From Paraphysomonas bandaiensis (taxonomy: Eukaryota > Protista > Chrysophyceae), in contig CBFFRP010000297.1 of NCBI GenBank assembly GCA_965644295.1, forward strand, positions 496,001-560,000: a DNA stretch of 64,000 nucleotides, in the 5' to 3' direction. The notes under the pieces were generated by a model that ran no database searches, was not told the origin of the DNA, and was given only the letters and a program-made list of their open reading frames with translations. Positions 37,429 to 49,752 of the stretch are shown piece by piece. The translations under genes and the position numbers were made by a program. Every line of letters starts with the position of its first letter. Position 1 is the first letter of the stretch.

Positions 37429-37872
37429 TTATCATTGTCGTCAGCTGCATAACCTATGGCTTAGTTGGACGTATAGACAAGTTTATATAATGAATAGTGC
37501 TCTTATTGGCCCTGTTTTAAATATTCCACCTTCACGACGACCATAATGCGGAATTTATTCAGCGCTTCTAGTTGCTTTTGGTGCTAGCATTACTCGTACG
37601 TTCAGAATGAATCCCATCAATGGTTAACCCTAGTACTGTAGCATTTTAGCGTGTGACACTTCGCGGAGTATATTGGGTATGCCAGAAGCAACCCATACAT
37701 AAAATTACTGTAATGGCTACAGGTGGTTGACCATCACCATTAGACGTATTGATAGTCCTATCTATACATGCCATGGGGTAGGAAATAGCACTACAACACT
37801 CCACTGTACCTTACTACTCCTAAATCTCTCTGCTATATCTAAAACCAGATCTTTGATACCACGGTGTTCAAC

Positions 37873-37968
37873 CCTGGTTCGTCAAGTCTAAAAAAACGCA
37901 CCAGCACCCCTAACTTCTTCAAAACTGGTACGTCAAGAAGTCCAAAAAGCGCGCTATCAGCCCTAACT
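37873..37968. repeat. Two imperfect direct repeats (~45 bp)
   Basis: CTGGT.CGTCAAG..TC.AAAAA.CGC....CCCTAACTT occurs twice. Confidence 0.55.
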
Positions 37969-38142
37969 TGATCCTATCCTTCCAACAGTACTCTCTCAAC
38001 CTTACTGATGAGATTACTTGTACCTGGGTCTTGAAGCTCCACATTAGGTTCCTCTTTCATAATTGTAATCAATATGAATGAGTGTGTTTACAGTTCTGCA
38101 GCTACTGACTACTCACTAACTACAACCAGTTTCTAAGTCTAG

Positions 38143-38538
38143 ACCCTCAACAAAGTCAGACTTCCACTTTTCGTGGTATCCTGAGGGCTAAGTACCGGAG
38201 ATATTCTTTCTCACGGAAACTAACGTTAGCAGATATAGTTCTACCCACTCATAACCAAATGCTTGTTTGGTACAAGGGACACGAATTAGTGTCAGCTGTG
38301 TAGACGTCTTTGGGCCTTGACGAATAAACAGGCATCTAGGATTGAATCCACCTCAAGGGTATCCGGAGTATTGGGCTGCCTACTGAAGTCAAGCATCCGG
38401 GCTGTTCACCTTAGAACAGAGAGCGAAAGTGGTTGTACCTTGGTGCTTCGTAGAGCTAAATAGTAGGATATCAGAGTTAAACACTAGTTTGTTAAATTGA
38501 TTTGCTACTTTAGTTCTGACTGTAACACGCCTAATGCT
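38143..38538 (-). repeat. Dispersed ~400-bp repeat, copy B (inverted)
   Basis: Begins ACCCTCAACAAAG, the reverse complement of the end of copies A and C; internal blocks are conserved. Confidence 0.85.
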
Positions 38539-38949
38539 AATAATCAAACATTCACTACTCTAAAAGTCAAGAAATTGCATCTTATTATCAATAATTAGTA
38601 ATATACTGCATATCAATCCTTTTCCGTCAGAGTTAGTGCGGCTTCATTGCCAACTTAAATCTTCACGACTGCCTTTTGGAAGCAGCGTTATGAATAATAG
38701 CAGCATTGTCGCCCAGATGAGGCTCGACAATCGAGTCTCTTATAATGAGTTCGTTAAACAATATGTATGTACGTCATGGAGGTTGAGTTGGTGTTCACCT
38801 TCTTCCTTCTGTAATTGTATTGATACACACTGAAAGAATTCTATTTCCTCCCGTAATTATACGTGCTTGGCGTGCTCCATTTCACTTGGTATTTGACTTA
38901 ACAAGTCGGAACCAAAATCTCATGATCAAGTGATTAGATTGAAGCAAGC

Positions 38950-39385
38950 AAATGATCAAAATTTCATGGCAATTGTGGAGCCCCACCTGGTATTTGGTTT
39001 GATTAATGCACAGAAAAGACCTTTCTTACGGATAGCAGACATAAAGCAGTCACGAAATAATTTATTGGCGGGCAGCTCGCTTGCAGAGTACTTGCACTCC
39101 AGCTTTATTCCTGTGGAACCATCATTCCCACACAGCTGCCGACACTCAGCGCAGGGGAACCATAGTTCAGAGGCCAGTGAAATGTACCACCCATTGCGCA
39201 TCCTTTCAAGGCACCTCTTCTTGTACGCTTTGGCTTTTACTATCAATTCTTGTATTCAAAAGATCTTCAAACTTCTTGCTCATATCGCCACAGTACTACT
39301 GAAAGTACATGTCCAAAAGACAGTCACAGAATGAACGCCATTGACTTCAATTCTTTTGATCATTGCTTCTGTAACAATTCCTACA
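38950..39385 (-). pseudogene. Degenerate hAT-like transposase fragment
   Basis: Stop-interrupted frame ..KIF*IQELIVKAKAYKK..LIKPNTRWGST contains the hAT-type TRW(G/N)S motif. Confidence 0.5.
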
Positions 39386-39539
39386 GTGAAGTCGGGTACA
39401 TTTCATATCGAGTTGCTTTACTTCTAACCTGGTAATTTACTTATTATATCGTAATTAGGAATAGTATTATTTCTAATCTTGGTTTTCTTGTAAAGTGATT
39501 TAATAACGGCTCGATAGCATCCAATTGTTAATTGTGAAT

Positions 39540-39917
39540 AGCAATAGGCGTGTAACAGTCAGAACTAATCTAGCAAATCAATTGAACTAACTAGTACTTA
39601 ACTCTGATATTAACGCTACTATTTGGGGCTGATATGCTTGACTTTCGTAGGCAGCCCAATACCCCGGATGCACTTAAGGTGGGCCCATTCCCGGATGCCA
39701 GTTTATTCGTCAGGGGCTCAAAGACATATACACAAATAACAGTTATTTGTGTCCCTTGTACCACACATGCATTCGGCTATGAGTAGACAGAGCATTATCT
39801 GCTGACTATATATATGCGGCTCACATTAGTTTCCGGTTTCTGGGAGAAATATCTCCGGTACGTATGTACGTATCTCCTATAACACCACGAAAGTATGAGT
39901 CCGCCTTTGTTGAGGGT
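39540..39917 (+). repeat. Dispersed ~400-bp repeat, copy C
   Basis: Runs ATAGGCGTG...CTTTGTTGAGGGT; inverted partner of copy B. Confidence 0.85.
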
Positions 39918-40781
39918 TCAATTGTTGATACGGCTTTCTACCCTCAGTTGAGATATTGTCAAAGCTCGCCAGTATCAGAGTGGCACGAAGCTTCCTCTCC
40001 TATACGAAAAATGGCTTTACCCACAATAATGCAAGACGACGTCAAATCTCATATGTAATTTACTGATGTAGAATATTATTGGAATTGAGGTAGAGTTTTC
40101 CACTGTAGAATTCTCAGGAAACAAATATATTTTGAAGCAACTGTTCCAAATAGTAAATTCAAAAGGCAAAGATCAGCCTCACTTCTCACTTCATCATTGG
40201 GGATTGGGGATATACTGAAACTCTGGATCATTAATCATTAATTATCTCTCATCTCTCACCATGAACTAAAGACTAAAGCACGAAGGGGTAAGGGGTCTAA
40301 ATATTAAATATTTCTCGCTTTGACCAGTCAACGATATCGGCCTTATGTCTGTTCACGAACTACAATGTCTCTCCTCGTTATTTTTTCTTCATGACTTGAC
40401 GGGATGCAATACAAACTATAAGCCATATGCACAAACAATAAACAGTTGAATAGATGGATCCATGATAGTGAGAACTTTCAAATGCATAACTTCAAAAGAG
40501 CAAGTATCATCCTACACTGTTTTCTACTATTGCACCAGCTGTGGTAAAAAGTTCCATTTGTTTCAGTATTTCTATCCAAAAATTGGCAACTAATGCGCAA
40601 CTAGAGAAAATGATTTTTATTTGAAACGAAGCTATATGGTTCACCACATGATGCACCTCATTACATCTTATTTCATCCTCAGCGTATAATACCTCACGGT
40701 AAAGTAACATACTAAAAGCCAAAAACGCCGAAAAACGATTCTCATACTTTTCACACGACTCAAGTCCCAAATCTATCACGT

Positions 40782-43700
40782 CTAATTCTTCGATTTTTTC
40801 TTGGAACTTCCATCACTGGAGGACTTGGTTCCCCTATGTGTGCATAAAATCAGTATATAAACAGAGAACGTCTATAGAGCACACCTCGAATTGAATTCTG
40901 CCTCTCTCTTTTCATACTCTGCCCTCTCACTCGATCCTAGGGACCGCCACATGTCCAGTAGTTCCTTTTTCAGTATGGCCGTCTGAGCAGCAAATGTTAG
41001 CAACAATACCACACACACCAGAAAAGGAGTATAGATATAAACAGAGACGTCCAGCACAGAACAAATTTAACTCACATCAACATCCGGTCCCAGGTTTTCT
41101 TCCACCTGTGGTCGCTTGTCCTTCACAAATAAAGAGAATGCTGTTTTCTTTTTCCCAGATCGTGGAGAAGTCCTATTAATATCATCATCCGCTGTGGACT
41201 TCTTGCCGGTGGATGCTGCTGTCGTCTTAGCCGATTTCGAAGATGGGGTCCCATCGGCTTCGCTGGCTGCCAATTTTCGTTTCTTGGAGCTACCTTCTTT
41301 CTTCTTACCAGATGCAACACCAACATCGAGTAGGTGTTCAAATTCAGGCTTGATATACCACATCTATGCCATACATAACCACAAATATGGACGTGAGTAC
41401 ATCGGATGAGGGCCTACCTTCATGGTGTCTTTTCCACGCTTCTCTTTCACAGATATTTCCGCGATCTTCAATTCAAGCTTCCGTTTTGCAATATGTGGGT
41501 GATGCTCCAGAAATTTGTTCACAACTTTGCTCATGCCATCTGGACCAGAGCTCGCCAGTATTCTGCACACACGCTGAACAAACGTACAACACGATACGTA
41601 TCACGTACCGGCAGAGATCGGGAAGGAGGGAGTCCGGAACAGAAGCTTTCTGTGCGTTTCGACCGAGAGATGAATCTGCGGAGGCAATTGAAGATTCTAC
41701 CGAAGTCTTTTTAGAGGCAGCGGACTTGGATGGCTTCGAGCGATCGCCTTGGGCTTCCGAAATAGACTTCCGTGCTTTCTGAAGCTCTGCACGGGTAGCA
41801 GCCAGTCGCCGGGCTTCATCAGATATCTGCCGCATGAGTTCAGCCATACGCTCATGTACTGAGGCGCCGTCTCCAGCGGCCTCCTTCGCAGACGACTTCC
41901 CGGCCTCAGAGACTGGGATAGAGGCTAGCATGGCACGACTATTCGAAGCTGCTGTGACTGAAGCAGGGACAGTCGCAGCGGAATCTGCAGCAGCTTGCTG
42001 TTTTTTGTCAATTTCAATCATTTCTCTCTCCGCGACACGCATCAGAGCCTCGCACCTCTTTCCAAGAGCCTCCGCGGTGCAAGACAACAAATAATAGTCA
42101 AAGCGGAATCTTTCGCATCGTCTGATTGAGCTGCGCACTCTGTCCCAGTTGCCGTACCCATGTAGATGAGTCAGACAAAGAAGGTACCGGTCCTCTACGG
42201 CATTGAAAAGTCGCCCTTGACCTCCCACATGCCTAAATGTAAGCTCTTCCCATGGGTCGTTGAAAGAACTAACTAGGCGTGCAGTGGCAATTGTCAATCG
42301 TTCAATCTCCTCCAAGCGCTTTTCTCCCTGAATGCACCATTCACTCCACATTATCTTGGAAGTAGTTGGTGCTGCTACTCACCTTCTCAATTTGTTTCGT
42401 AACCCGCTCCCATTCAGTGGCGGGGAGCTGTTCTGGGCCCTTTGACCAAAAGACATTTGCATATCTACAACGCGCATATCATAATATAAATTCAGATATC
42501 GGTACACATACCGTGTAATATCTTCGACAGGTCGTCCTATATCCTCGCTAATACGTGCATACTGGTTGCGGCCGTATTTGGCGGAGGCTTTGACAAAATT
42601 GCTGTAGTGATACCTGTTCCAGTCCCCAAATCCCTCCGCAAGGAGCCGAGTTTTTTCAGCATGCTCTTCTTCAGGAAGCAGAATGAGTTTGGTGACAGCC
42701 CCAGTCCCCGGAGCTTCTCCTTTCTCAATGAGCTCATCAAATAGTTTGGCTTCCTTGTCCTGTAACTCTTGTAGCCTCACACGATCATAAAACTGCCAAT
42801 CCTCCATCTTTGGTAGACGAAGATGCCGAGGCATTTTGGGTTGCTTTTTTTCACCACCGTCAGCCACGCGTCCCCTAGCAGTCGCCTGCTCGCTGTAGTT
42901 TACTATGGGCTTGCGCTCACGTGGACCGGTATCGATAAACCCAAAATTTGCTCCACTCGTGGCGTCACGTACATTCTTGTCCCTATAATCTTTACCCTCG
43001 AAGACCTGTGTATTGGTATTTCCATCCAGTCTGAAGTCGTAGAGATCACCTTTGTCCGCAGCCTGGAGCTTCTCATTGAGTTCCTCAGTCCGTTTACGAC
43101 CCATCTCTAGTAGAATGTCGATGTCCTCATCTGTAATAGATGAACTGTCCTTCGTTCGGAATATCTTATCCGCACCAAAGCGAAGGGTGTCAAGCAGTTC
43201 GTTTTTGCTCATCTTCTTTTCCTTGTCCTGCAGGCGTCCCTGTTGAACAACCATCGCGTCCAGCTTGAGCTTCTGCTGAGCCCTCTCGACCACTTTCACT
43301 TCTACAGTATCATCAGTCACAAGGCGGTACACGTGTACTTGTTTGGTCTGTCCGATACGGTGACACCTATCCTGTGCTTGAAGATCTGCTTGAGGGTTCC
43401 AGTCACTATCATAAATAATAACTGTGTCTGCTGTCTGTAGGTTGATTCCAAGCCCACCGGCACGTGTGGATAGAAGAAAAATGAATTTATCTGACCCTGG
43501 GGAGTTATAGTCTTCGATCCTATCCTCTCGATCCTACTTAAAAAATCAACAACGAATTTTATCGTTCAGATTTCCACTGACCTCATAGGATGTGTTACCA
43601 TCTATGCGACAGTATTTATATTCTCTCATTGCGCAATAGTCCTCCAGTATATCGAGCATTCGAGTCATCTGTGAAAATATTAACACACGGTGCTTACGTT

Positions 43701-45791
43701 CAAAAAGCTTTCCGAGGAGCTTGTCCAGCAGCACCATCTTGCCACAGTTGGTGATGAGGTGTTCACCGAATGGGTTCTCATTTCTGTCTTCAACACCAGG
43801 GAAGAGATAAGGATGGTTGCAGCACTTGCGCAACTGCATCACAATGTTTAAAATTGCAGTGCGAGAACCGCTGGAGTTTCCCCCAAAACCGGTATTAATC
43901 TGGTCAATATCGCGCATGAGAACTTGTCTATAAACTGCTTTCTGAGTTACAGATAGCCCTGTAAAGAGAATAGTCTCTGTCTTCGGAGGAAGACTTTTTT
44001 CGACATCTACCTTCAGTCTTCTAAGCATAAAAGGACGTAAGATTTTGTGAAGCTGTCCGATCATGCGTTGTTTGGCCTCCTTGTCGTCGACATCTAAATT
44101 AAACCACTCGTCAAACTGTTCAGATGATGCAAAAACATCGGGCAATAAAAAATTAAGTAGGGCCCAGAGCTCGTGCAAATTGTTCTGCAGAGGCGTCCCA
44201 GTTAAAAGTAGTCGATGTTCAGTGTTAAGATGTCTAACATTCTGGGAGAACTGTGATGCTTCATTCTTGAGTCTGTGGGCCTCGTCGATAATTAGAAACC
44301 TCCAGGCAATCTTTGCTAGGGCTCCACGCTCCATATTTGATACCTCATAAGTCGTGACCAGTACATCCCAGTCCCTATCTTCAGGTCGCCGAGCAGGTCG
44401 CAGTACAGTCTCCACCAGCTCTGCGCGCTCCTCCTTGTTACCGTGGAAGCGCACTGTGCGAAGCGATGGGCACCAGCGTGTAAACTCATTGCACCAGTTA
44501 GACAGGGTACTCTTGGGAACTATAATAAGATGAGGGCCCGAAATATTACGGTATTCCAGAAGGTACGCCAGTACGGATATGCTCTGTAAAGTCTTACCTG
44601 TTTATACAGAACGCTATTACTAGAGAAGTTATACAAATAAGGACACCAACCAAGCCCCATTTCATCTGCCAGAATTCCGTTGATACCATTTTCAGTGAGG
44701 CGCACCATCCAGTTAAGGCCCTCTAATTGATAAGGTCTCATCTTTCCACCGACAATACAATTTGGTTGTCTGGTGAGGGTGGTGATGGCGGGCTTGGCTG
44801 GGGTCGGCGCTCCATCTTCTTCACTCTCATTCTCTTCCTCGAGCATCGCAATTTCGTCATCGTCTAGATCCTCCGCAATGTCAGATGATTTGACTTTACT
44901 GCTACCCGTCCCAGTCCTTGACGATGAAGACTCTTCAGTAGAACCTTTTAGCCCGAAGTGAGAGAATATATCACTCTGACTTAGAAGGTACTTGAGCCTA
45001 ATGTGGTTATTGGATGAGATATATAACTGGGTTCTAGGGTAAGAGGGAGGTACCTAGCTTCGGCCTGATCTGCCTTACTCTGCCTCAGTTCAGAATGTTG
45101 CTGCTCTATTGCACGCTCCTCCTCCAGCTTCGCTTGCTTTCTCTGCTGTGTGGCTTTCCGCTCTTGTTCACTGACCTCTCTCTTTCGCTTCGGTGCATCC
45201 GCTTTAAGGGCACTGGCATCAGAACGGGCCATCTAGAGTAATACATTATAATTTAGAAGTAGAAAGTATACACAGCAGCGACATACAGTGCTGTTCCTCA
45301 TTCTTGACTCAGTCTCTGTGGCAGTGTTAGCCTTCCGCCTCTCTTCTTGCAATCTTAAGTACTCCTCATCACGTTGCTACATCACATTACCAAAAGAATG
45401 AGTTGCGCGGGTCGCTGAATATAAAAAAACACACCTGACATTCCTTCAAATATCTTTCTTTGTCCTTCGAAGCAAGAGTTTCGTACTCCTCTCTCTCACT
45501 GTCCGACAGTGCCTTCCACTGAGTTGCAAAACACACTTATAAACAGTCAGACTCATATGAAATGTTTAATTACTTTAGCGGACAGGGCCTGCATCACTTG
45601 ACCGAGACTCGAGTCTTGTCCAGTCTGAACTAACTCCTCCTTTATTGCTGTCATTTTCATCTTTTGAAAGTGTTGATACGCCGTTCTAAACACACGAGAG
45701 TTACACTGCACACATACACACGCAGACATTACAAGGCTTTAGTTATTTCTGATGAGGAGCCCTCTGACTGCATCGCTGGTTCCTCACTCAT
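40782..45791 (-). CDS. ISWI: ISWI-family SNF2 chromatin-remodelling ATPase with N- and C-terminal HMG boxes; multi-exon
   Basis: [10 protein letters not shown]|[54 protein letters not shown] ([24 protein letters not shown]). HMG-like [18 protein letters not shown] at the N-terminus and [18 protein letters not shown] at the C-terminus. Confidence 0.93.
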
Positions 45792-46322
45792 CTCTTGATA
45801 CTGTTTATTGAACTAAATTATTTTATTTAAGCAACAGAGACAAGAATGCGAGTGCTAACTAACTGGATGAGGCCGGCTCATATGCATATGTAGTGTACAT
45901 ACATACATACACGTACATACGATGAGATCATGTGCTGTTTGAAATATAAAAAGTGATGAGGGGATTTTTTTAGGCTCATGTCCACAAAACCACACAAATA
46001 TACATACACAATATGCAGTATTTATATTACCGAAACTAATCCTTGTGTGATGTGGTTGTTTTAGAAGAACCGAGTGTTGACTCGAACACCAGAGAGTTGG
46101 TTTCACTGCTCTGGAGTTCGAGTCCCGGAATCTACTAAAATAACCACACTACGGACCATTGCGTGAACTGTGTGATCTAGGTGCACATGGCTCCCACAGT
46201 TGACGTAAAGGTCCGTTTTTTTGCACCGTTTTCATGCTAAAATCCTTGTTTTTTAACTGCACGCACCGAAAATCCGGTATTGTACCTGGACTATACGTAG
46301 TCCGGGTCAACTGTATGCAATA

Positions 46323-48143
46323 CAGCGCATTCTCGATATATCGCGGTATGTATATCGCGATACCCTTTTATATCGCGGATTTTGGTCCAGGACACTTCAT
46401 CACACATAATTCTAATGGAAAACTGAGGTCATTTTCTGTTACAAGGGTAAGCATTTTTTTGGTAAGCATTCCTTACCGAAAAACGCCGAAAATCAATTTC
46501 TGTTCACCCTGGTAAGCATTTTCGGGGTAAGTTTTTGAAAATGCTTACCAAAATGCTTACCCTGGAGAGAGAGTGGGGGGGTAAAATTTGGAATGGTAAG
46601 GATTTTGGGGAGCATAAAAACCTCTAGATGAACATATATCCATAGTATATTAATCACATTTATTGATAACATGAGTGATAGTGAGTCAATATAAGATCCT
46701 GTCGACGACACTCTCGTTGAATGCGAACCTGAGGATGAAATGTAATGATGCGCAAGAGTCTTTTTCTCTCATCGAAGGACGTCTGCTCATAAGAAGGATA
46801 TATGTCTCATGATTTTCAATGTCGCGTGCTGCAAGAACTTCGAATACCTGTTATTGAGAAATTTCTTCGTTACATACCCTCAATAACAGGAGGCTCATAA
46901 GACCATTCTGGAGTCATTCCCTGAGAATGCATGGAGTTCACAAATAGCAACACTTGGACACCTGATTGAAACTTGGGCAAAAGCCGAAAAAGGCGGAGAC
47001 ATATTTGGCACTTACTGAAGAGTACACTAAGGAAAATGCACTGGGGGATATTTACCTCAAACGAATGCATAATATGACTTTGGAGTGAACATCGAAGTGC
47101 AGGCAATTGAAAGCTGAATTGAAGCATTGAGTATAAGTTTACCTTCTGTTGTTAAGTTAATACTTCTCATATAATGTCAAACTTTGATACAGAGGATGAG
47201 TATGAGAAAACTTTTAATTGGTTAAGCAGTAGGGTTTCATTATCAAGTGACATTATAAGACAAGTACTAATAATTCAATTTACGGAAACCTTAATGCGTG
47301 TAAGAACCAGCTATCAGGTTATTTTATGCTATATGAGCTCTCTATTGTATATGCTTAAGTTTGTACATACCATCTGTACAACATAGGTTGAATATTGCTA
47401 TGTTCTATATTGTTATTCATAATTTTCACTCTATCGTGTTCATTACTAACACTCTAATAATCACAACATTGTTTTACTATTATAAAGATCAATTCTTTAT
47501 TATAATGAGACATAATGAAGAACAAATAAGAGCAGTATCACTGCACTTCAGCAGTCAATGTCTTTAGAGGACGAAGGCGATGACGAGGATGATTGTATTA
47601 ACACCAATGGAAATGATAGTGCTATTACTGCTGTGCAAGCCGACAATGCTGTTTTAGTGTTACTCGATTATGCTACCCAGGAGGGGCACTCAACAGCGCA
47701 TATTGAGGTCCTCAGAAAAGTGCAGAATAATATTCATACAGAAAGGCACAAGAATCATTCTAAGGTACAAACTTCTCTGCATCAGTTTTTTTCAGCACGT
47801 ACTAAAGGTTCTGAAGTCCATGAAATTTAATAATTTTATCTTATTGTTAGCTAGGAATGTAGTAAGTGTGTTAAGAAATTGAATACCATAAATTCCATAA
47901 ATAATGATATATTAGTAACTTATTTCACAAATTCTTTGCATGTGCCATTCAGTACAAGGAGTACTATGCTATACAGACACGACATTGTGGATATATTGCA
48001 CAGTCTTAAGCTCCTTAAACTTGCTCTCTACGACTTTGCGGAATACAGTGCTGTATTTTACTATTAAATTGTATATCGCGATATTGCGATATATCGCGAT
48101 TTCCTCTCCAGGACACTTTCCGCGATATATCGAGAATGCGCTG
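46323..48143. mobile_element. pogo/Tigger-like (Tc1/mariner superfamily) defective DNA transposon
   Basis: Perfect 24-bp TIR CAGCGCATTCTCGATATATCGCGG flanked by TA on both sides. Internal 47558-47830 ends LRKVQ..KVQTSLHQFF, like pogo transposase C-termini. Confidence 0.85.
46442..46564. mobile_element. Small GGTAAGCATT-repeat MITE-like element nested in the pogo-like element
   Basis: CA(A)GGGTAAGCATTTT..GGTAAGCATT at the left and AATGCTTACCAAAATGCTTACCCTG at the right; no TSD recognised. Confidence 0.55.
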
Positions 48144-48363
48144 TATACAGTACAGTACAGGAGTACAGCAGCAGGACGGAGCGGTCCGTACTCCACTACT
48201 GCACATCGTATTGAGGAGGAACAGCCCAATGAACTCGTCGATGTCGATGTCCATCTCTCGTACTCATAAAAGTGATCATGCTCGCTATATAAACGAGCCT
48301 GATGATATCTGATCCCTGTTACTCAGAGTGTAGGAAGGGATTATCTGTGTCTGTGTAGTGATA

Positions 48364-49752
48364 ATGTCTGATGCACTGCACCGCAACAGAGTGTTGAACA
48401 ACAGGGACTTAATGCACCTGGTGACAACCTTCTTGACAGGAGATGATAGCGATGACGATAGCGGTCGATTAAAGTCTCAAACACTGCCGATAGTGTTATC
48501 TATTAGGAGTGTATTCGATTATTTCCGTGAAGGGAACTCATGCTTCATATCTCATCGACGAGACTTCATATCTTCAGTTCAGATGATAGAGTGGTCCATA
48601 CAGTTAGGTTCGGGATACACGAGGGATAGTGATACTTTATGCACACAGCTTGCTGCTGATGGAAATGTAAGGCTTTTAGAATGGGCAAGATCTCAAGAGT
48701 ATTCGTGGAGTTGGGAAACAAGCCAGGCTGCTGCTAAATACAAGCATAGTGATGTTCTTGAATGGTTGACAGAGCAGACTCCACCATGCCCTTTGAATAC
48801 ATATACCTGTCAGTTAATTGCTGAGAATGGCTGGGCGAATATGATACAGCGTATTTCCAATAGTTCTAATCTTCCGCCATCCTGGTCGAGAACGATATGT
48901 GCTGGTGCTTGCAGAGGTGGCCATCTGGACATCCTTCAATGGGCTTCAAGTCGGAACCCTCCGTATCCTCTCACAACAGCTTGCTGTATCAATGCCGCAG
49001 AAGCCGGTCATTTATATATTATTCAGTGGTTATTGTCTCAGAACCCCCCATGTCCTTGGGATTGGCGAGTAACAGCCTGCATCGCAGGCAGGGGTCATAT
49101 GGACGTATTACAGTATGTCCGTTCATTGCGTCCCCCATGTCCATGGAATGAGAATACGTGTAGTGCCGCTGCGCGGGCGGGGAGACTTGACATAATTCAG
49201 TTCGCACGGGAGCACACTCCCCCTTGCGATTGGAGTGAATTGACCTTGGCGTCTGCAGCATCAATGGGCCACCTTCATGTCGTGGTGTGGTGCCGGGAGC
49301 AGAGCCCCCCGTGCAAATGGGACTCCACAGTTACAGCAGCTGCAGCTGAGGGGGCACATCTGCATGTCCTTCAATGGCTCAGAGAGCAAAATCCCCCATG
49401 TCCTTGGGGCGTCTCTACGTGCGCCAGTGCCGCCAGGAGAGGGCATCTACAGGTGTTACAGTATGCGCGTAGCATGGAACCACCCTGTCCTTGGGATTGG
49501 CGAGTAATTAGTGAAGCTGCATCGGGGGGCCATTTGCATATAATAGAGTGGGCCAGGGCGCAATCCCCCCCTTGTTCATGGAATGGTGAGGCTTGTATGG
49601 AAGCAGTGCGACACAACAACCTGTTTGTATTGAAGTGGCTGAAGTACCAGCGTCCGTCCTGTCCTTGGCGGTGGGATAAATGTCGTCGATGTGCTATACA
49701 GTATGGGCACAGTGAAATATTGCAATGGTTAGAGGAAAATGTAAATTTGTAG
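48364..49752 (+). CDS. Ankyrin-like repeat protein (PPCPW-type repeats), intronless
   Basis: ~12 repeats of AAxxGHLx(I/V)LQWxRxQxPPCPW; first ATG at 48364. Confidence 0.9.
   Translation: MSDALHRNRVLNNRDLMHLVTTFLTGDDSDDDSGRLKSQTLPIVLSIRSVFDYFREGNSCFISHRRDFISSVQMIEWSIQLGSGYTRDSDTLCTQLAADGNVRLLEWARSQEYSWSWETSQAAAKYKHSDVLEWLTEQTPPCPLNTYTCQLIAENGWANMIQRISNSSNLPPSWSRTICAGACRGGHLDILQWASSRNPPYPLTTACCINAAEAGHLYIIQWLLSQNPPCPWDWRVTACIAGRGHMDVLQYVRSLRPPCPWNENTCSAAARAGRLDIIQFAREHTPPCDWSELTLASAASMGHLHVVVWCREQSPPCKWDSTVTAAAAEGAHLHVLQWLREQNPPCPWGVSTCASAARRGHLQVLQYARSMEPPCPWDWRVISEAASGGHLHIIEWARAQSPPCSWNGEACMEAVRHNNLFVLKWLKYQRPSCPWRWDKCRRCAIQYGHSEILQWLEENVNL

Noticed and set aside
38210-38245. Group I intron P7 core (GAAACTA...AGATATAGTTC)
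   Set aside because: Not conserved in the other two repeat copies and lacks the G-C guanosine-binding pair.
46085-46135. tRNA gene (GTTCGAGTCC T-loop-like)
   Set aside because: No cloverleaf or A-box; the motif is one arm of a simple hairpin.
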